Part shown: positions 17,313-27,833 of the stretch, piece after piece
How the letters are laid out: each line of letters begins with the position of its first letter
How positions within the stretch are numbered: the stretch's first letter is position 1
Assembly: GCA_965247305.1 (NCBI GenBank)
Contig: OZ252030.1
Coordinates: 3,847,699-3,911,698, forward strand
Origin: Bryobacterales bacterium
GTDB lineage: Bacteria > Acidobacteriota > Terriglobia > Bryobacterales > UBA6623
DNA length: 64,000 nt
Reading direction: 5' to 3'
Program-made: the position numbers and the translations under genes
Notes under the pieces: generated by a model
Told to the model about the DNA's origin: nothing
The model's input: only the letters and a program-made list of their open reading frames with translations
Databases searched by the model: none

Positions 17313-18935
17313 CTACTCCTGCCTCGGCTCAGACGGACAATCGATCGTCAAACGAAAGCGTGCGCCGGTGTCGGAGGGCAGCAACTCCAAATCTCCGCCA
17401 TGTAGTCTCGCCAACTCACGCGAGATAGTAAGGCCGATGCCGGTTCCGCTAACGCCTTCCGTGAGCTGGTTGTTGGCGCGGTAGAACGGCTCGAAGACAC
17501 GTCGGCCTTCGGCGGCGGGCAGGCCCGGGCCGCCGTCCTGGACGCTGATCTCAACGCGTGCGCCGCTCTGGCTTGAGGCAATCCGCAGCAGACCACCGGA
17601 GGCGGCGTACTTTTCTACATTGCTGACAAGATTGCCTAGGATCTGCTCAATGGAGTCGTTGTCGAACGACACGCGTGCGGGCGCCCCAGGCGTGAACTCG
17701 ACCTCGATGTTTTTGGCTTCAAGCGCCGGCTGGAACTGATCAAGCACGCGGCGGGCGACGTCGTCCACGACACCAATTTGGCGATGCAGGTCGAGGGCAT
17801 CGCGACGGCTACGGCTAAAGCTGAGGACGTTGCCTATCAGCCGGCTTAGCCGTTGGCTTTCAAAGACGATGACATCGAGGTAGCGCCTAAGACGGTTGTC
17901 ATCGTTGTCGGCCGGGCTATCCGGCAGGTCGCGGTCAAGCAGTTCAGCGTACATGCGGATGTTGGTTAGGGGCGTCTTGAGCTCGTGAGAAACCTGGTTG
18001 ACGAAACTGACGCGTTGGGCAGCCTCGCGCATCTCGCGGGCCTGCTCGCGGTAGAAGTAGACAGCGAGACCGAAAACTCCCAGAGCCAGCACCGCTAGAG
18101 TAGCCGAAGAAGTCCACCAGAGTTCGCCACCGAGAGCCGCGCCGGCGACAGAACTAGACGCGTAGTATTCGAGACGCCACGCCCCAAGGGGTTCACTGAC
18201 GGTCATTTCCACATCGGGCCTTGCGCCGTCTTCAGGCTCGGCGGCCCCCCATTGATAGAGCGAGCGGCCCGTGGAGTCGATCAGCCGCACTTGGCCTTCG
18301 GCTAACTCCGGCGTCAGACCGTCAGTTTCAGGTAGCGCTGCTATGAGCTCGGCGAGAAGCCTAGTACGGTTGATTTCGGCCGCGTGGAGATAATCGCTGT
18401 CGAGAAGCCAGAGCATCATTTGCAGGCCGCGATCGTGGTACCAGACGTGCCACCGGGAGTCCCCAGTGGCGCTGCCGTTCGACTCGTCATTCACGCCCGA
18501 GCGGGCGGTCCCATCCGCGGAACGTAGGCTTTGGTTCGAGATCTCTCCCTCGTCCCATATCCGTTTCGTGCGATCGAGCGATTGGCGCTCGTCCTCGGTC
18601 AGGTTCTCCGGCGTCAAGACGGGGGGGAATAGTAAGCGGTCGTCCGGCGCAAGCACGTAAAGCTGAACGGCGTAGGGCGAGTTGCGGGTGCGCTTGCGCA
18701 GTTCGTCCGCATCGACGGTCAGCGGACGCATTTCAAGAAGCAAGCGCTCGCGATATGCGTTGACAGCGCCGGCGAGCACGGCGTCCACGGCGTGGAGCTG
18801 GCCTCGCATCAGCTCATGAAAACCGAACTCGCGCATCGACTGTTCGTCGCGGCTCGCCCTCGCCCCTAGCCATGCGACGACAGCTAGGGGCGCAATGACG
18901 ATCAGAGCGAGGACGGCTATGAGCTTCGGTTTCAA
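17313..18935 (-). CDS. sensor histidine kinase (periplasmic sensor, HisKA + HATPase_c)
   Basis: Two TM segments flank a roughly 250-aa periplasmic region. It has an H-box VSHELKTPLTNIRMYAELL and a G-box GTGIGLTISRELARLHGG. It lies 4 nt upstream of the RR gene. Confidence 0.9.
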   Translation of the reverse strand: MKPKLIAVLALIVIAPLAVVAWLGARASRDEQSMREFGFHELMRGQLHAVDAVLAGAVNAYRERLLLEMRPLTVDADELRKRTRNSPYAVQLYVLAPDDRLLFPPVLTPENLTEDERQSLDRTKRIWDEGEISNQSLRSADGTARSGVNDESNGSATGDSRWHVWYHDRGLQMMLWLLDSDYLHAAEINRTRLLAELIAALPETDGLTPELAEGQVRLIDSTGRSLYQWGAAEPEDGARPDVEMTVSEPLGAWRLEYYASSSVAGAALGGELWWTSSATLAVLALGVFGLAVYFYREQAREMREAAQRVSFVNQVSHELKTPLTNIRMYAELLDRDLPDSPADNDDNRLRRYLDVIVFESQRLSRLIGNVLSFSRSRRDALDLHRQIGVVDDVARRVLDQFQPALEAKNIEVEFTPGAPARVSFDNDSIEQILGNLVSNVEKYAASGGLLRIASSQSGARVEISVQDGGPGLPAAEGRRVFEPFYRANNQLTEGVSGTGIGLTISRELARLHGGDLELLPSDTGARFRLTIDCPSEPRQE

Positions 18936-18949
18936 TCTTCGTTCTTCAC

Positions 18950-20305
18950 TTATCTAGGAACGACCTTTGTCCGCGATTGTTGCGTCTTGTACTGGCCTTC
19001 CTGCTGAACTTTACGCTCGCGTTTCCACAGGGCGTCGTCCTCGACGCTTTCGCTGGCGCGGGCATTGCTCGCGGCCTCTTCGCGCAAGTTCTCGTCCTTT
19101 AGCGTAACGGCGTTGCTACGCAGATAGGCGGCGTTGCTCTCGAAGGCGAGTCGCGCTTCCTTAACTTTCCCCTTGTCACGCAGGGCGGTTGCGGCGAGGT
19201 TGCGCTCGGCGCCCGTCTGGCGGACAACCTCGACCATGACGTCCCGATTCTCCCGTCGCTCGACCGCGGCGTGCGACGATGTCGCCGTAACCGACGCCGA
19301 CGACCGCAGCGTGCGGTTCTCAGCGGTCAAAAGATTGCGGTAGTCAACTTCGACGTCCGCCACTGGACGCACGCGGCCGTTCGCGCCCGGGTCAATCTCG
19401 ACTTCCAGCAGCAACGAGCGGGTTTGACCGCGGAAGAGCTGGTTCATCGAGGCGTGCACCTCTTGGCCGGCGATCTGGGCAGTGCGGCCCAACACGCGTA
19501 CGGGACGGACATTGTTTGCGCACCGGATGTGAATGCGCACGCCTTGCGCAACGACTGAGACGGCGTCGCCAAACTCGGTGGCGAATGCGGAATCAAGATC
19601 GCTCGCGTCTTCAACGAAGAAGTGATTGCCGTCGCTAGCCATGGCGAGGGCGGTCATCAGGTCTTCGTTATAGTCGAGCCCGAGACCGATTGTTGTGACA
19701 GAGATGCCTTGACGGGCCAGCGAGACGCCGAGTTGTCGAAGCGCACTCGGCGAGCTAGGCCCAACATTGGGGAGGCCGTCGGAGAGCAACAGCAGCGTGT
19801 TGACGCGATTCTCGTCGAGAAATTTCTCGAGCTCGCGGGCACCCTTGCTGACACCGCCAAAGAGCGCCGTCTTGCCGGAAACCCTGATGCCACGAATCGC
19901 GGCTCTAACGGCCTCGCGATCGCGCAGTTTGGTGGCTGGAACGACTACGTCCACTGTCGATTGGTAGCTGACGACCGACACGATGTCGTCGCGGCCGAGA
20001 CGTTCGAGCGCCGCGATCGCCGCGCGTTTGGCTTCGATTATTTTCTCACCCTGCATCGAGCCCGAGCGGTCGAGCACGATGGCGACGTTGACAGCTGCGC
20101 GATCCTCGGTCAGATGGTCGAGCCCACGCAGGCTTATACGCAAGTAGGCGGTTCGGGGGGCTCCAGTGAGCACGAGCGACGACGACATCTCGACTTCCAG
20201 TGCGCTCGAGTCAGCGGCGGCCGATGCGGGCGATGGTACGGCCCACGCGATGGCGATGATCGCGAGAAGCAACCGGCAACGGGAAAAACTGTGATTGATT
20301 GTCAT
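18950..20305 (-). CDS. secreted von Willebrand factor A domain protein
   Basis: Signal peptide. MIDAS motif VLDRSGSM (DxSxS) with downstream T and D residues. Coiled C-terminal region. First gene of the vWA-HK-RR cluster. Confidence 0.75.
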   Translation of the reverse strand: MTINHSFSRCRLLLAIIAIAWAVPSPASAAADSSALEVEMSSSLVLTGAPRTAYLRISLRGLDHLTEDRAAVNVAIVLDRSGSMQGEKIIEAKRAAIAALERLGRDDIVSVVSYQSTVDVVVPATKLRDREAVRAAIRGIRVSGKTALFGGVSKGARELEKFLDENRVNTLLLLSDGLPNVGPSSPSALRQLGVSLARQGISVTTIGLGLDYNEDLMTALAMASDGNHFFVEDASDLDSAFATEFGDAVSVVAQGVRIHIRCANNVRPVRVLGRTAQIAGQEVHASMNQLFRGQTRSLLLEVEIDPGANGRVRPVADVEVDYRNLLTAENRTLRSSASVTATSSHAAVERRENRDVMVEVVRQTGAERNLAATALRDKGKVKEARLAFESNAAYLRSNAVTLKDENLREEAASNARASESVEDDALWKRERKVQQEGQYKTQQSRTKVVPR

Positions 20306-20587
20306 TTGAGAACTCCTTTATTGACGACTCTGTACCTTGAGGCTACGGCGAACTCAGTTCGAGGTGGTCAGAAGCTCGTAAGCAGATTGTAAGAAGTTTG
20401 TCAGCGGGCACGGCGGAATTTAAGTACAGCGTAAGTGGGCGATTCTGGTGCAGATTATACTAACGACCGGATTCCTGCTGCCCGAACCCATTTCCGAATC
20501 GTTCGTCTCCTATCGCCGCAGTCAATGTTGATCGACACGTCATGGCCACGAGGGCGTCAAGCCGAGCCAACCCGCGATTGAGCGGCA

Positions 20588-20972
20588 TCAGAACATTCCG
20601 TTGTCGATCTCCGCGGCGTCAGGAACAACTTGCAGCACGTCCCAGTGCTCCACAATCTTGCCGTCACTATCGAAGCGGAAGATTTCGATGCCGGCGTAGT
20701 CATGGTCCCCGGGCCAGTGCTGGAAGCAGTGCAAAACGACTAGGTCATCTTCGGCGACGGCCCGCTTAAACTCAACCCGTTTACCCGGGTAACTAGCGGC
20801 CATTCTTTCGAAGTAGTCGATAAATGCCCGTTTGCCATCGCCGACACCCGGGTTGTGTGAGGTGTAGCTGTCGCGGACGTATCGCTCGACTGCGTCGCCG
20901 GGTCGGCCTTCGTTGAACATCAGGTCGTAGAACGCCTTTGCGTCCCGCTTCATTTGGTCTGTACGACTTTCC
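20588..20972 (-). CDS. SnoaL-like / NTF2-fold (ester cyclase family) protein
   Basis: Roughly 128 aa from the internal Met (MESRTDQMKRDAKAFYDLMFNEG..). The length and motif pattern are typical of SnoaL-like polyketide-cyclase-fold proteins. Confidence 0.6.
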
Positions 20973-22001
20973 ATTCCAAACTCCTCAAGCATCATGCCAC
21001 TTGGAGCTCGCAGGCTGCACCTCCGACACGCCGTTCGTGGAACCAAGGCGGCATTAGCTAGTCAGCTTCGGGCCTCTCCTATTCGCGGAAGTGTACCTGG
21101 CGCCGCCAATCTGGTTTGCTGCGTAAAGTTGTTTTCACCACCGCTCCCAGTAATGAGAAGCCTCTGAGCGGCCGTCGAATTTGAAAGAGGACAGTCGTCG
21201 AAGGCGCTGACGCCCCTAGCCTGAAGAAGAAATAGGAAGCTGAGCGAGAAGCGATTCGGGAGATCGGGGACGGAGTGTGCGCCGGGATAAACTGGCGGGA
21301 ATGAGCGGATGAGAGAACCGTACAAGACAGGCGAAGCGTTGTCAGGGGCACTGACGGGCTGGGCATTGAGCCGTGAAAGAACCAGTTTCGGGCGCCGACG
21401 CCATGCTCCGAGACGGAAGGCAACATCGACGCGGACGTCTATACGAGTCCGCGGAGGGCCCGGCGCGGTCGGTAGACACCGGGCTTGATTCCTGTGGCAC
21501 GTCCGGAACCTTTCCGCACGAGAACCGGGAGACCGCGTTCGGCGTCTGTCGCGAAACCGACAGACCGGTGCGAGAAGGCTATGGCCGCACGTCCCACGCG
21601 TACGCCGGCGAGGAGTCGGACAACGCGTTAGTAGCGATGAAGCAGCCGAACAAAGATGGGCCAACATCGGCGGCAGCCGCGGAGCGAAGCGCGTCGACTG
21701 AGGGGAACGCGGGACAGTCGAACACAGGCCGGACGCCGAGCCGGGAAAGCGTGTCCAACCGACTGCATTGTGTGCGTCAAAGAGCAAAAGAGAAAGGAGA
21801 CGGTCCCCTTCAGTCACTCGAACTCGACACGGCCGCGTATTAACCAATATTTAAGTTAGAAAAGATGACACCAAGTACAATATCGTCTTGTACGCAGTCC
21901 AATTCCGTGATAAGCTCACTGTCTTCCGACGAATTTCTTTATCTGGCCGCGGCCCGGCGAGCGTTGGCCACTTCGTCGCAATTGTTAGTGAGGATCTCCC
22001 C

Positions 22002-22904
22002 ATGTCATTCCGTCTTCGCCTCAATCTCGCGGTCATCGTTGTTCTGTTCTCTGCCGTTACAGCGCAAGCGCGACTACCAGGCCTACTGAGTTGCACCGCG
22101 ACGGCAGTGCCGCCGGTTGTTCGGGCCGAGGGTATAGCCGAGCTCGTTGGCGATATTATTCTCGCTTGCCAATCTGGCGGCGGCGGGCCCGGTCCAAACG
22201 TCATCATCAACGCCAGTATTTCGTTGAATGTCAACATCACCAACAACAAGGGCTTCGAAGTCTCACAGGAGATTACCGACGCTGCCATGATCGTGAACGA
22301 GAACAACTGCACCGACCCTCAGGCGTCCCCGGTCTTTGGTGTCTGTGGCGCTCCTAATCCGGCAGTGCAAGATCCACAACATGGCATTCTCAGGAACGTC
22401 AATCGGCTCGAATGGGACACAATCAACTTCCCCGTGCCTGGGGCCTCGATCCCGGGCGGAAATCATCCGTCGACCACAACTCTGCGATTTACGAGCCTTC
22501 GCGCGAACGCATCCCAACTGGGCATACCCGATCAACCGAGTTTCCCAGGCCCGCAGGTCCTTGCTTTTGTTTCGCTCACCGGACCCACTAACATCCCAAT
22601 AAACAACAACGTTCTTACTGTCGCGGTACCCATTCTCGGAATGATTTCGAACGTTACGGAAACCGCATCCGGTCTGCAATGCTTCGACGGAGAATCTCAC
22701 GCCGCAATTGAGATCGAAGAAGGGTTTGCCACTGCGTTCAAAGGCCAAGGCAGTGCCACGTTTAATCCGGGCAACACTCAGTTCGAGAGTGGTTACTTTG
22801 CGCCCGGGTCTCAAAACGGGGCCGGGGCTAGCCAAGGGACACGGCTCCATCTTACGCTCTCGAACGTGCCGGCGGGGCCGCCGTTGAGGTGCTCAACGTC
22901 TTAG
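22002..22904 (+). CDS. secreted hypothetical protein (Asn/Gly-rich)
   Basis: Likely start MSFRLRLNLAVIVVLFSAVTAQA (signal peptide) inside the 21888..22904 ORF. No recognisable catalytic motif. Confidence 0.5.
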   Translation: MSFRLRLNLAVIVVLFSAVTAQARLPGLLSCTATAVPPVVRAEGIAELVGDIILACQSGGGGPGPNVIINASISLNVNITNNKGFEVSQEITDAAMIVNENNCTDPQASPVFGVCGAPNPAVQDPQHGILRNVNRLEWDTINFPVPGASIPGGNHPSTTTLRFTSLRANASQLGIPDQPSFPGPQVLAFVSLTGPTNIPINNNVLTVAVPILGMISNVTETASGLQCFDGESHAAIEIEEGFATAFKGQGSATFNPGNTQFESGYFAPGSQNGAGASQGTRLHLTLSNVPAGPPLRCSTS

Positions 22905-23208
22905 AGTTGGGCACTCCGGTCCCTGGCGACGGCCTCCGCCTGGAGCTAGTTGTCGGTGTTGACGAGAGCGGCGCCGGCGGTGTTGTCGGCGTCTTGCCGG
23001 ATGAAGGCAAGAGCGAAGTTACACTCGCCGCCGGGTTCGGGACCGTGGCATACGAAGTGACCGATACCGACTCATTTCGTATCGAGCGAGCTACGATTCC
23101 GGTTTGGTATAGCTGGCAATCTGATCTCGGCAGCGATTCCCCCAGTCTCGGAGCGTCTCAGGTAGCGATATCATTTGCTCCACTCTCAACGGTCTTTCAA
23201 TCTAGTGA

Positions 23209-23541
23209 CAGCGCTCCGACTCCTCGTTTTCTCGACGCATCAGGGGACCCGAGACGATCTTCGAGATTCGAACTTGCCAGACGACCCTACTATTTCCATT
23301 TGTAAGCAACCAAAACGGGCGAGACTCACGCGTTATCATCTCCAACGCCCCCGGAATCGTCGCCGGCAGCGGACCCGACAGCGACTCCTGCACGATCCAC
23401 TATCATGGAGCACGAATCGGCGGCGGTGCCGCACCTGCCGATCAGGTCTCGTCTGCTATACCCTCTGGTGGCCAGCTCGATTTCGCGCTATCCGCTGGAA
23501 ATCCTGGGCAGATGATCGACGGCGCATTCGAGTTTGAGGGC
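23209..23541 (+). pseudogene. start-less fragment of a modular secreted protein (homologous modules to 23545..24978), ending at in-frame TAA
   Basis: The frame contains ..LLFPFVSNQNGRDSRVIISNAPG.. and ..DSCTIHYHGARIGGGAAP..QLDFALSAGNPGQMIDGAFEFEG, paralogous to modules of the downstream ORF. No ATG/GTG/TTG is present. TAA lies at 23542..23544. Confidence 0.45.
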
Positions 23542-23544
23542 TAA

Positions 23545-24978
23545 ATCGTCGCCGAATGTAACTTTGCCGGCGCTTCCGGCCGCGCCATTATTCATGAGGG
23601 CTTCGGTGCGACACCGACGAACTTCGTCGAACAAGACGCCGAGGTTATCAGCCGCGACTTCCCATCCGGCGACCGAGTCTACGACGCTCCGGCCCTCTTA
23701 TGCGGATACGCGTCAAACCAAGACGGCTACGACACCGAGTTCGTCATCGCCAACACCACGCAAGACTGGTTTGGAACCCCGCAAGAAGAAGCCACTTGTG
23801 AGGTGAACTACCTCGGCCAGAATGTAATCGCGACCCAAACCAGCACGCCGATCGAGGGCCCGGATCTTCTTAAGTTCTCGCTCTCGGCCGGCAACGACGC
23901 ACAGAATATCGCGCCCGCGCCCGCCTTTGAAGGCTACGTAACGGTCGAGTGCGGTTTCGGCTTCGCGCGTGGCCTTGCCCGCGTTATAGGCACTGACGGG
24001 GTAGCGTTCGCTGTTCCGGCTGAACTCATCGAACCACCCGCCGCGCCGCTAAAATCCGGCCCCATTCGATCCAACCAGGCCGCTGGTACCGCTTTACTAC
24101 TAAGCCACGTTTCCAGCCGCGACGACTTCGACACGCGCATCGTTGTCTCGAACGCTAGCCACTTTCCGGGCGCTATGACGCCGCAAGACGGCATGTGTCA
24201 ACTCGACTATCACGGTGACGCTACCAGCCCGGTCTTGCCCACACAGGTCGCTGCGGTCTTTGCCGGCGACCAGGTAGAATTCTTCCTGTCTGAGGGCTCA
24301 AGCGGACTGGGCATATCACCGGCCAACAGCTTCCGGGGCCACATAAGCATAAGCTGCGACTTCGACGGCGCGCACACATTGGCACAGATCCAGCAGGAGT
24401 CCGGTGCAATCCTACTGGCCGCCCATGCCTACAACGGGGAGAAGCTCGATCTGCCGCGCAGCGAGCTACCGGCGCCGACGGTTTACCCGTTTGTCGAGCA
24501 CGCGGGCGACACAGACCGCCGCCTGATCCTAGCTAACACCAGCGCCGATGCTTTCGGAACAACTCCGGGCGACGCCACCTCCGGCCTCGAATTCTATGGA
24601 AGTGGAACCGTTCCACCGACTGTCAGCGCGCCCCTTGACGCGGCGGAATCGATCAGCTTCGTAATCTCCGAAGGACTCCCGGCTAAGGCCATAGCGCCCG
24701 GCCCCAACTTCTCGAGTTTTGTCGTCGCCGACTGCAATCTGCCCTTCAGCCGGACGATGGACTTCCGCCAACCGACGCCGCCCGACGCCATACTGTGCGA
24801 CGCCGACGGCAACCCAGGCATCGACCGCCGCGATCTCGAAGTGATTCGTAAGTCGAGAGGCGAAACTGCGCTGCCGAACGATCCGAGAGACGTTGACGGC
24901 GACTTCGCAATTACCAACGCCGACGTTCAGCAATGCCGGAAGTTGTGTGACAGCAAGGGCTGTCGACCGCCAAGATAG
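23545..24978 (+). CDS. modular secreted protein with dockerin-like C-terminus (annotated start uncertain)
   Basis: The frame is open from 23545 and the first canonical start is GTG at 23803. It repeats a roughly 95-aa module: C-x-[VI]-x-Y-x-G ... LL-x-x-[VA]-S-x-[QR]-[DN]-[GD]-[YF]-DT-x-[IF]V[IV][SA]N. The C-terminus D.DGNPGIDRRDL..DVDGDFAITNADV is dockerin/EF-hand-like. Confidence 0.55.
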   Translation: MVAECNFAGASGRAIIHEGFGATPTNFVEQDAEVISRDFPSGDRVYDAPALLCGYASNQDGYDTEFVIANTTQDWFGTPQEEATCEVNYLGQNVIATQTSTPIEGPDLLKFSLSAGNDAQNIAPAPAFEGYVTVECGFGFARGLARVIGTDGVAFAVPAELIEPPAAPLKSGPIRSNQAAGTALLLSHVSSRDDFDTRIVVSNASHFPGAMTPQDGMCQLDYHGDATSPVLPTQVAAVFAGDQVEFFLSEGSSGLGISPANSFRGHISISCDFDGAHTLAQIQQESGAILLAAHAYNGEKLDLPRSELPAPTVYPFVEHAGDTDRRLILANTSADAFGTTPGDATSGLEFYGSGTVPPTVSAPLDAAESISFVISEGLPAKAIAPGPNFSSFVVADCNLPFSRTMDFRQPTPPDAILCDADGNPGIDRRDLEVIRKSRGETALPNDPRDVDGDFAITNADVQQCRKLCDSKGCRPPR

Positions 24979-25018
24979 GAGAAACTACAGCCCGGGCGCA
25001 ACTCCGCCTTCAAATCGC

Positions 25019-25400
25019 AATGTCCGGAATTGGCCGAATTTGGCAGGGTTTTGCTAAAAATCGCTGGTCGGAGCGACCTGCCATACTTACCATTAGTATT
25101 CCGTCAAACTCAACAATGCAGTACGAGGGGACTCCTCTCGTGCTCATCCGATTCGGTCCCCCGGCAGCATCATGAATGCCGTGCTGTGGCCGGATTTGGC
25201 AGGGTTTTAGTGAAATTTCGAGCCTCCTTGCAGGGCTTTCCGCACCCTCCAGGTATAGTGTAAGGCCCGTGTATCCGGTTTTCGGTCGACCGAATCGCTA
25301 GGTTGCTGATTGCAAAGGCAAAAGAAATTTCAAAATCGCGGGACGGGTCGTTTGGGCGGGTTCGGTCTTGGCCGTTGCGAGACGCAATCGCCCTGTTTTA
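25019..25400 (+). repeat. R2 interspersed repeat, copy B (intact 3' end ..ccctgttttaggctcctcagcc)
   Basis: Full-length match to 6896..7264. It lies 120 bp upstream of the 25523 gene. Confidence 0.8.
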
Positions 25401-25522
25401 GGCTCCTCAGCCGGCGCGAGTTATCCGCGGGATCTTGTCGTGCGGCATGGTCACGTTACACACCGTCCCGTTCAGCGGGTGCGCGGCACGTGTTACTTTG
25501 ACAGCGCAGTGGGACGGACTCG

Positions 25523-26209
25523 ATGAGAATCTGCATCGTTGGGGCCTCTGGGAAGCTCGGGCGATACATGGTGCAACACGCGCTGGATCGCGGCCACGAG
25601 GTAATCGGCGTGTGTCGGGAACGCAGCGTTGCGAAGCTCGAGCCGTTCCAGGGGCGCATCACGGTCATCCCGGGAGCCACGAATGACCGCAAGGTTATCA
25701 AGAGCGCGGTCGCGGGCTGCGATGGTGTACTGACCGTGCTGGTTCCGTGGGGCGTACAGCAGTATTCCTCAGGAACGGCCCAGGCGGTCTTGGACTACGC
25801 ACGCCCGGGGGCTCGCCTGGTGTTCTCGTGCGGATGGCATATCAGCCGCGACGGTCAGGATGTCTACACGCGGAGATTCAAATGGCTAGTGAAGGCTTTT
25901 GGCCGGCTCGCGCGGCTCATCCGCATCGCGGATCTCGACGACCAAGTTGAGGCCTGCCGACGGGTGTTCGCTAGCGAAACTCGCTGGACCGTCGTGCGCG
26001 GGAGCGACCTCGAAGAGGGCGAGAGCCAGGGCATTCCTGTCTGGAGCCGGTATGTGGGCGACCCTATCCTCAAGAGCAATTTGACGCGCCGCGTCGACTT
26101 TGCATTGTTCATGGTTGCCGCTCTCGAAAACGAGGAATTGGTGCACGAGGCCCCGGCGATTGTCGGCTGCAACACGCCCTCGGCGCTCGCGTATACGGGC
26201 TGCTCGTAA
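25523..26209 (+). CDS. NAD(P)-binding atypical SDR / NmrA-like oxidoreductase
   Basis: N-terminal Rossmann motif MRICIVGASGKLGRYMV. Roughly 228 aa. Confidence 0.75.
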   Translation: MRICIVGASGKLGRYMVQHALDRGHEVIGVCRERSVAKLEPFQGRITVIPGATNDRKVIKSAVAGCDGVLTVLVPWGVQQYSSGTAQAVLDYARPGARLVFSCGWHISRDGQDVYTRRFKWLVKAFGRLARLIRIADLDDQVEACRRVFASETRWTVVRGSDLEEGESQGIPVWSRYVGDPILKSNLTRRVDFALFMVAALENEELVHEAPAIVGCNTPSALAYTGCS

Positions 26210-26469
26210 CTGCAAAGGGAGTGGGTGCCGGCAATTGCGGAGTCGAGATTGCAGCGTCCGTTCTGACCCCTTCACTCCGGGTGGTGGCGGCTGAAACGAG
26301 CTGACCCGCTGAACTCACAGAGGTTACTGTTGTTGTTAAGGGCTCCGTCCCCCTCCCCCCGATCGCGAAAATCGAACGCGCACTCGCAGGTCTGCGTAGC
26401 CAGGCGGCGACTCTGGCCTGATACGACCGACGATGAGGATGGATAAAGCGAGACGCAGCGATAGTTTGT

Positions 26470-26545
26470 GATAGAAATGTTCGGATTTGCCCGGATTTGG
26501 CAGGGTTTGGCAGGGTTTCGCAGGGTTTCGCTTAAGTTTCGTGCG
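26470..26545 (+). repeat. partial R2 5' motif with tandem GGCAGGGTTT decamer (x3)
   Basis: gttcggatttgcccggatttggcagggtttggcagggtttcgcagggtttcgc. Confidence 0.6.
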
Positions 26546-27039
26546 TACCTGGACCTAGATTTAGAGTATGGCTCCCTCCCTGCTCGGGGCATATTCATGC
26601 GATTTGAGGCCACGGTCTTGTTCCTGGTTCTACCTTACACCTCGTGTTGCCAGTTTTTTGGGGTCGGATCGCAGAAGTCGTTTTGAATCAACGAAAATAA
26701 ATTTTATTCTCGCGGTACGGGGTTCGTGGACTAACAACGCTCCATCCGTACTGCCTACAGTTGTTGTGCATGGACCCACTCACAGACTGGCCAGGTTAGT
26801 GAACATTGAGACCCCTGGAAGCGGTTGATTGATAAGGGTTTGCGAGGTTGCGTGAGTACCCCCGCCCTCTCCGATCCGTCTGCCTAGACACGGTGCTGGA
26901 AAAACGCTTGGCCGTTTGAGGAAATTTGGGCGGACTGGGAGCCAGGATCAATCATTCTTGGTGGAAACTCAAGCGAATAAGATTTTCCGACACGAATCGG
27001 GCGAATTACCCTTAAGTCTTTTCTGCTCTATTCGTTAGG

Positions 27040-27833
27040 CTAGTCGCGGACTCGGAAGTCTTCGTGCCAGTTCTCAACAATGCGGATCTTGGGGGGCGCG
27101 GCGTCGGCCCCCTCGACGGGCGCGACGGTCAGGAAGCGTTGCCCGTCGGCGGAGACGTCGTAGTCCCGTCCGCCAGGGACCTCAAACAATGGTTGCGGCC
27201 GCCCCAGCGCGAACGTCGGATCGCTCGAGACGGAAACGGCCATCAGCGTGCCGCCCTCGATGTAGTACAACTCCCTGCCGTCGCTGCGCCAACGCGGCCG
27301 CCTTCCACCGTTTACCGACGCCTGCCACTTGCCGTCGCCGCCCGGGAACGGGCGCACGTAGATCTCAAACCTCCCTGATTCGTTGGAGGCATGCGCCAGA
27401 AAGCGACCGTCCGGCGAGAGCTTCGGATCCTGCTCGCTGGCGGGTGAGCCAAGAAACGTGATAGGTTCGCCGGCATCGCCGTCGGACCCTAACTCGATAT
27501 AACGGATATCGCGTCGCCTATCTGGGTAGACTTCGCGATAGATCAGATAGCGTCCGTCCCGCGACCAGTCGAGATCGTTCAGGCTATTCGCCGACTCAAC
27601 TAGAACCGCCGGCTCGCCCGTTCCGTCGGCCGCCCGGCGCATGATGCGGTTCTGCGATCCCAAGGAGCGGTAAGCGATCTCCTGCCCCGAGGGCGACCAC
27701 GCCGGACTGCCTTCGATTTGGTCTTCAAACGTCAACCGCGTCTTGGTGGAGCGGGTCAGGTCGTGGACCCAAATGTCAAAGTTCCCGCTCTCGGAAGCCG
27801 ACACAGCGACCCGCTGGCCCTCCGGCGAGAGGG
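27040..27833 (-). pseudogene. displaced 3' part (TolB/PD40 beta-propeller blades) of the kinase gene split by IS630 copy 2
   Basis: PD40-type blades (SPAWSPSGQEIAY, DWSRDGRYLIY, SPDGRFLAH, RWRSDGRELYY). The frame continues upstream to the TA target site without stop. It joins in phase with the kinase ORF at 28996 once the IS is removed. Confidence 0.7.

Noticed and set aside
21062-21847. ORF 21062..21847(-) 261 aa and 21373..21843(+) 156 aa
   Set aside because: Low-complexity Arg/Pro/Ser-rich translations typical of non-coding GC-rich DNA. Mutually overlapping. No motifs.
22889-23305. ORF 22889..23305(+) as a confident gene
   Set aside because: It overlaps the preceding ORF's end and the following module frame. 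It lacks the conserved module motifs. It was kept only as part of the frame-break discussion.
25030-25050. Sigma-54-like -24/-12 element TGGCAGGGTTTTGCT inside R2
   Set aside because: The GG-to-GC spacing is one nucleotide short of the strict consensus. The TTGC part is absent in the other R2 copies (TTTAGT, TTCCTT).
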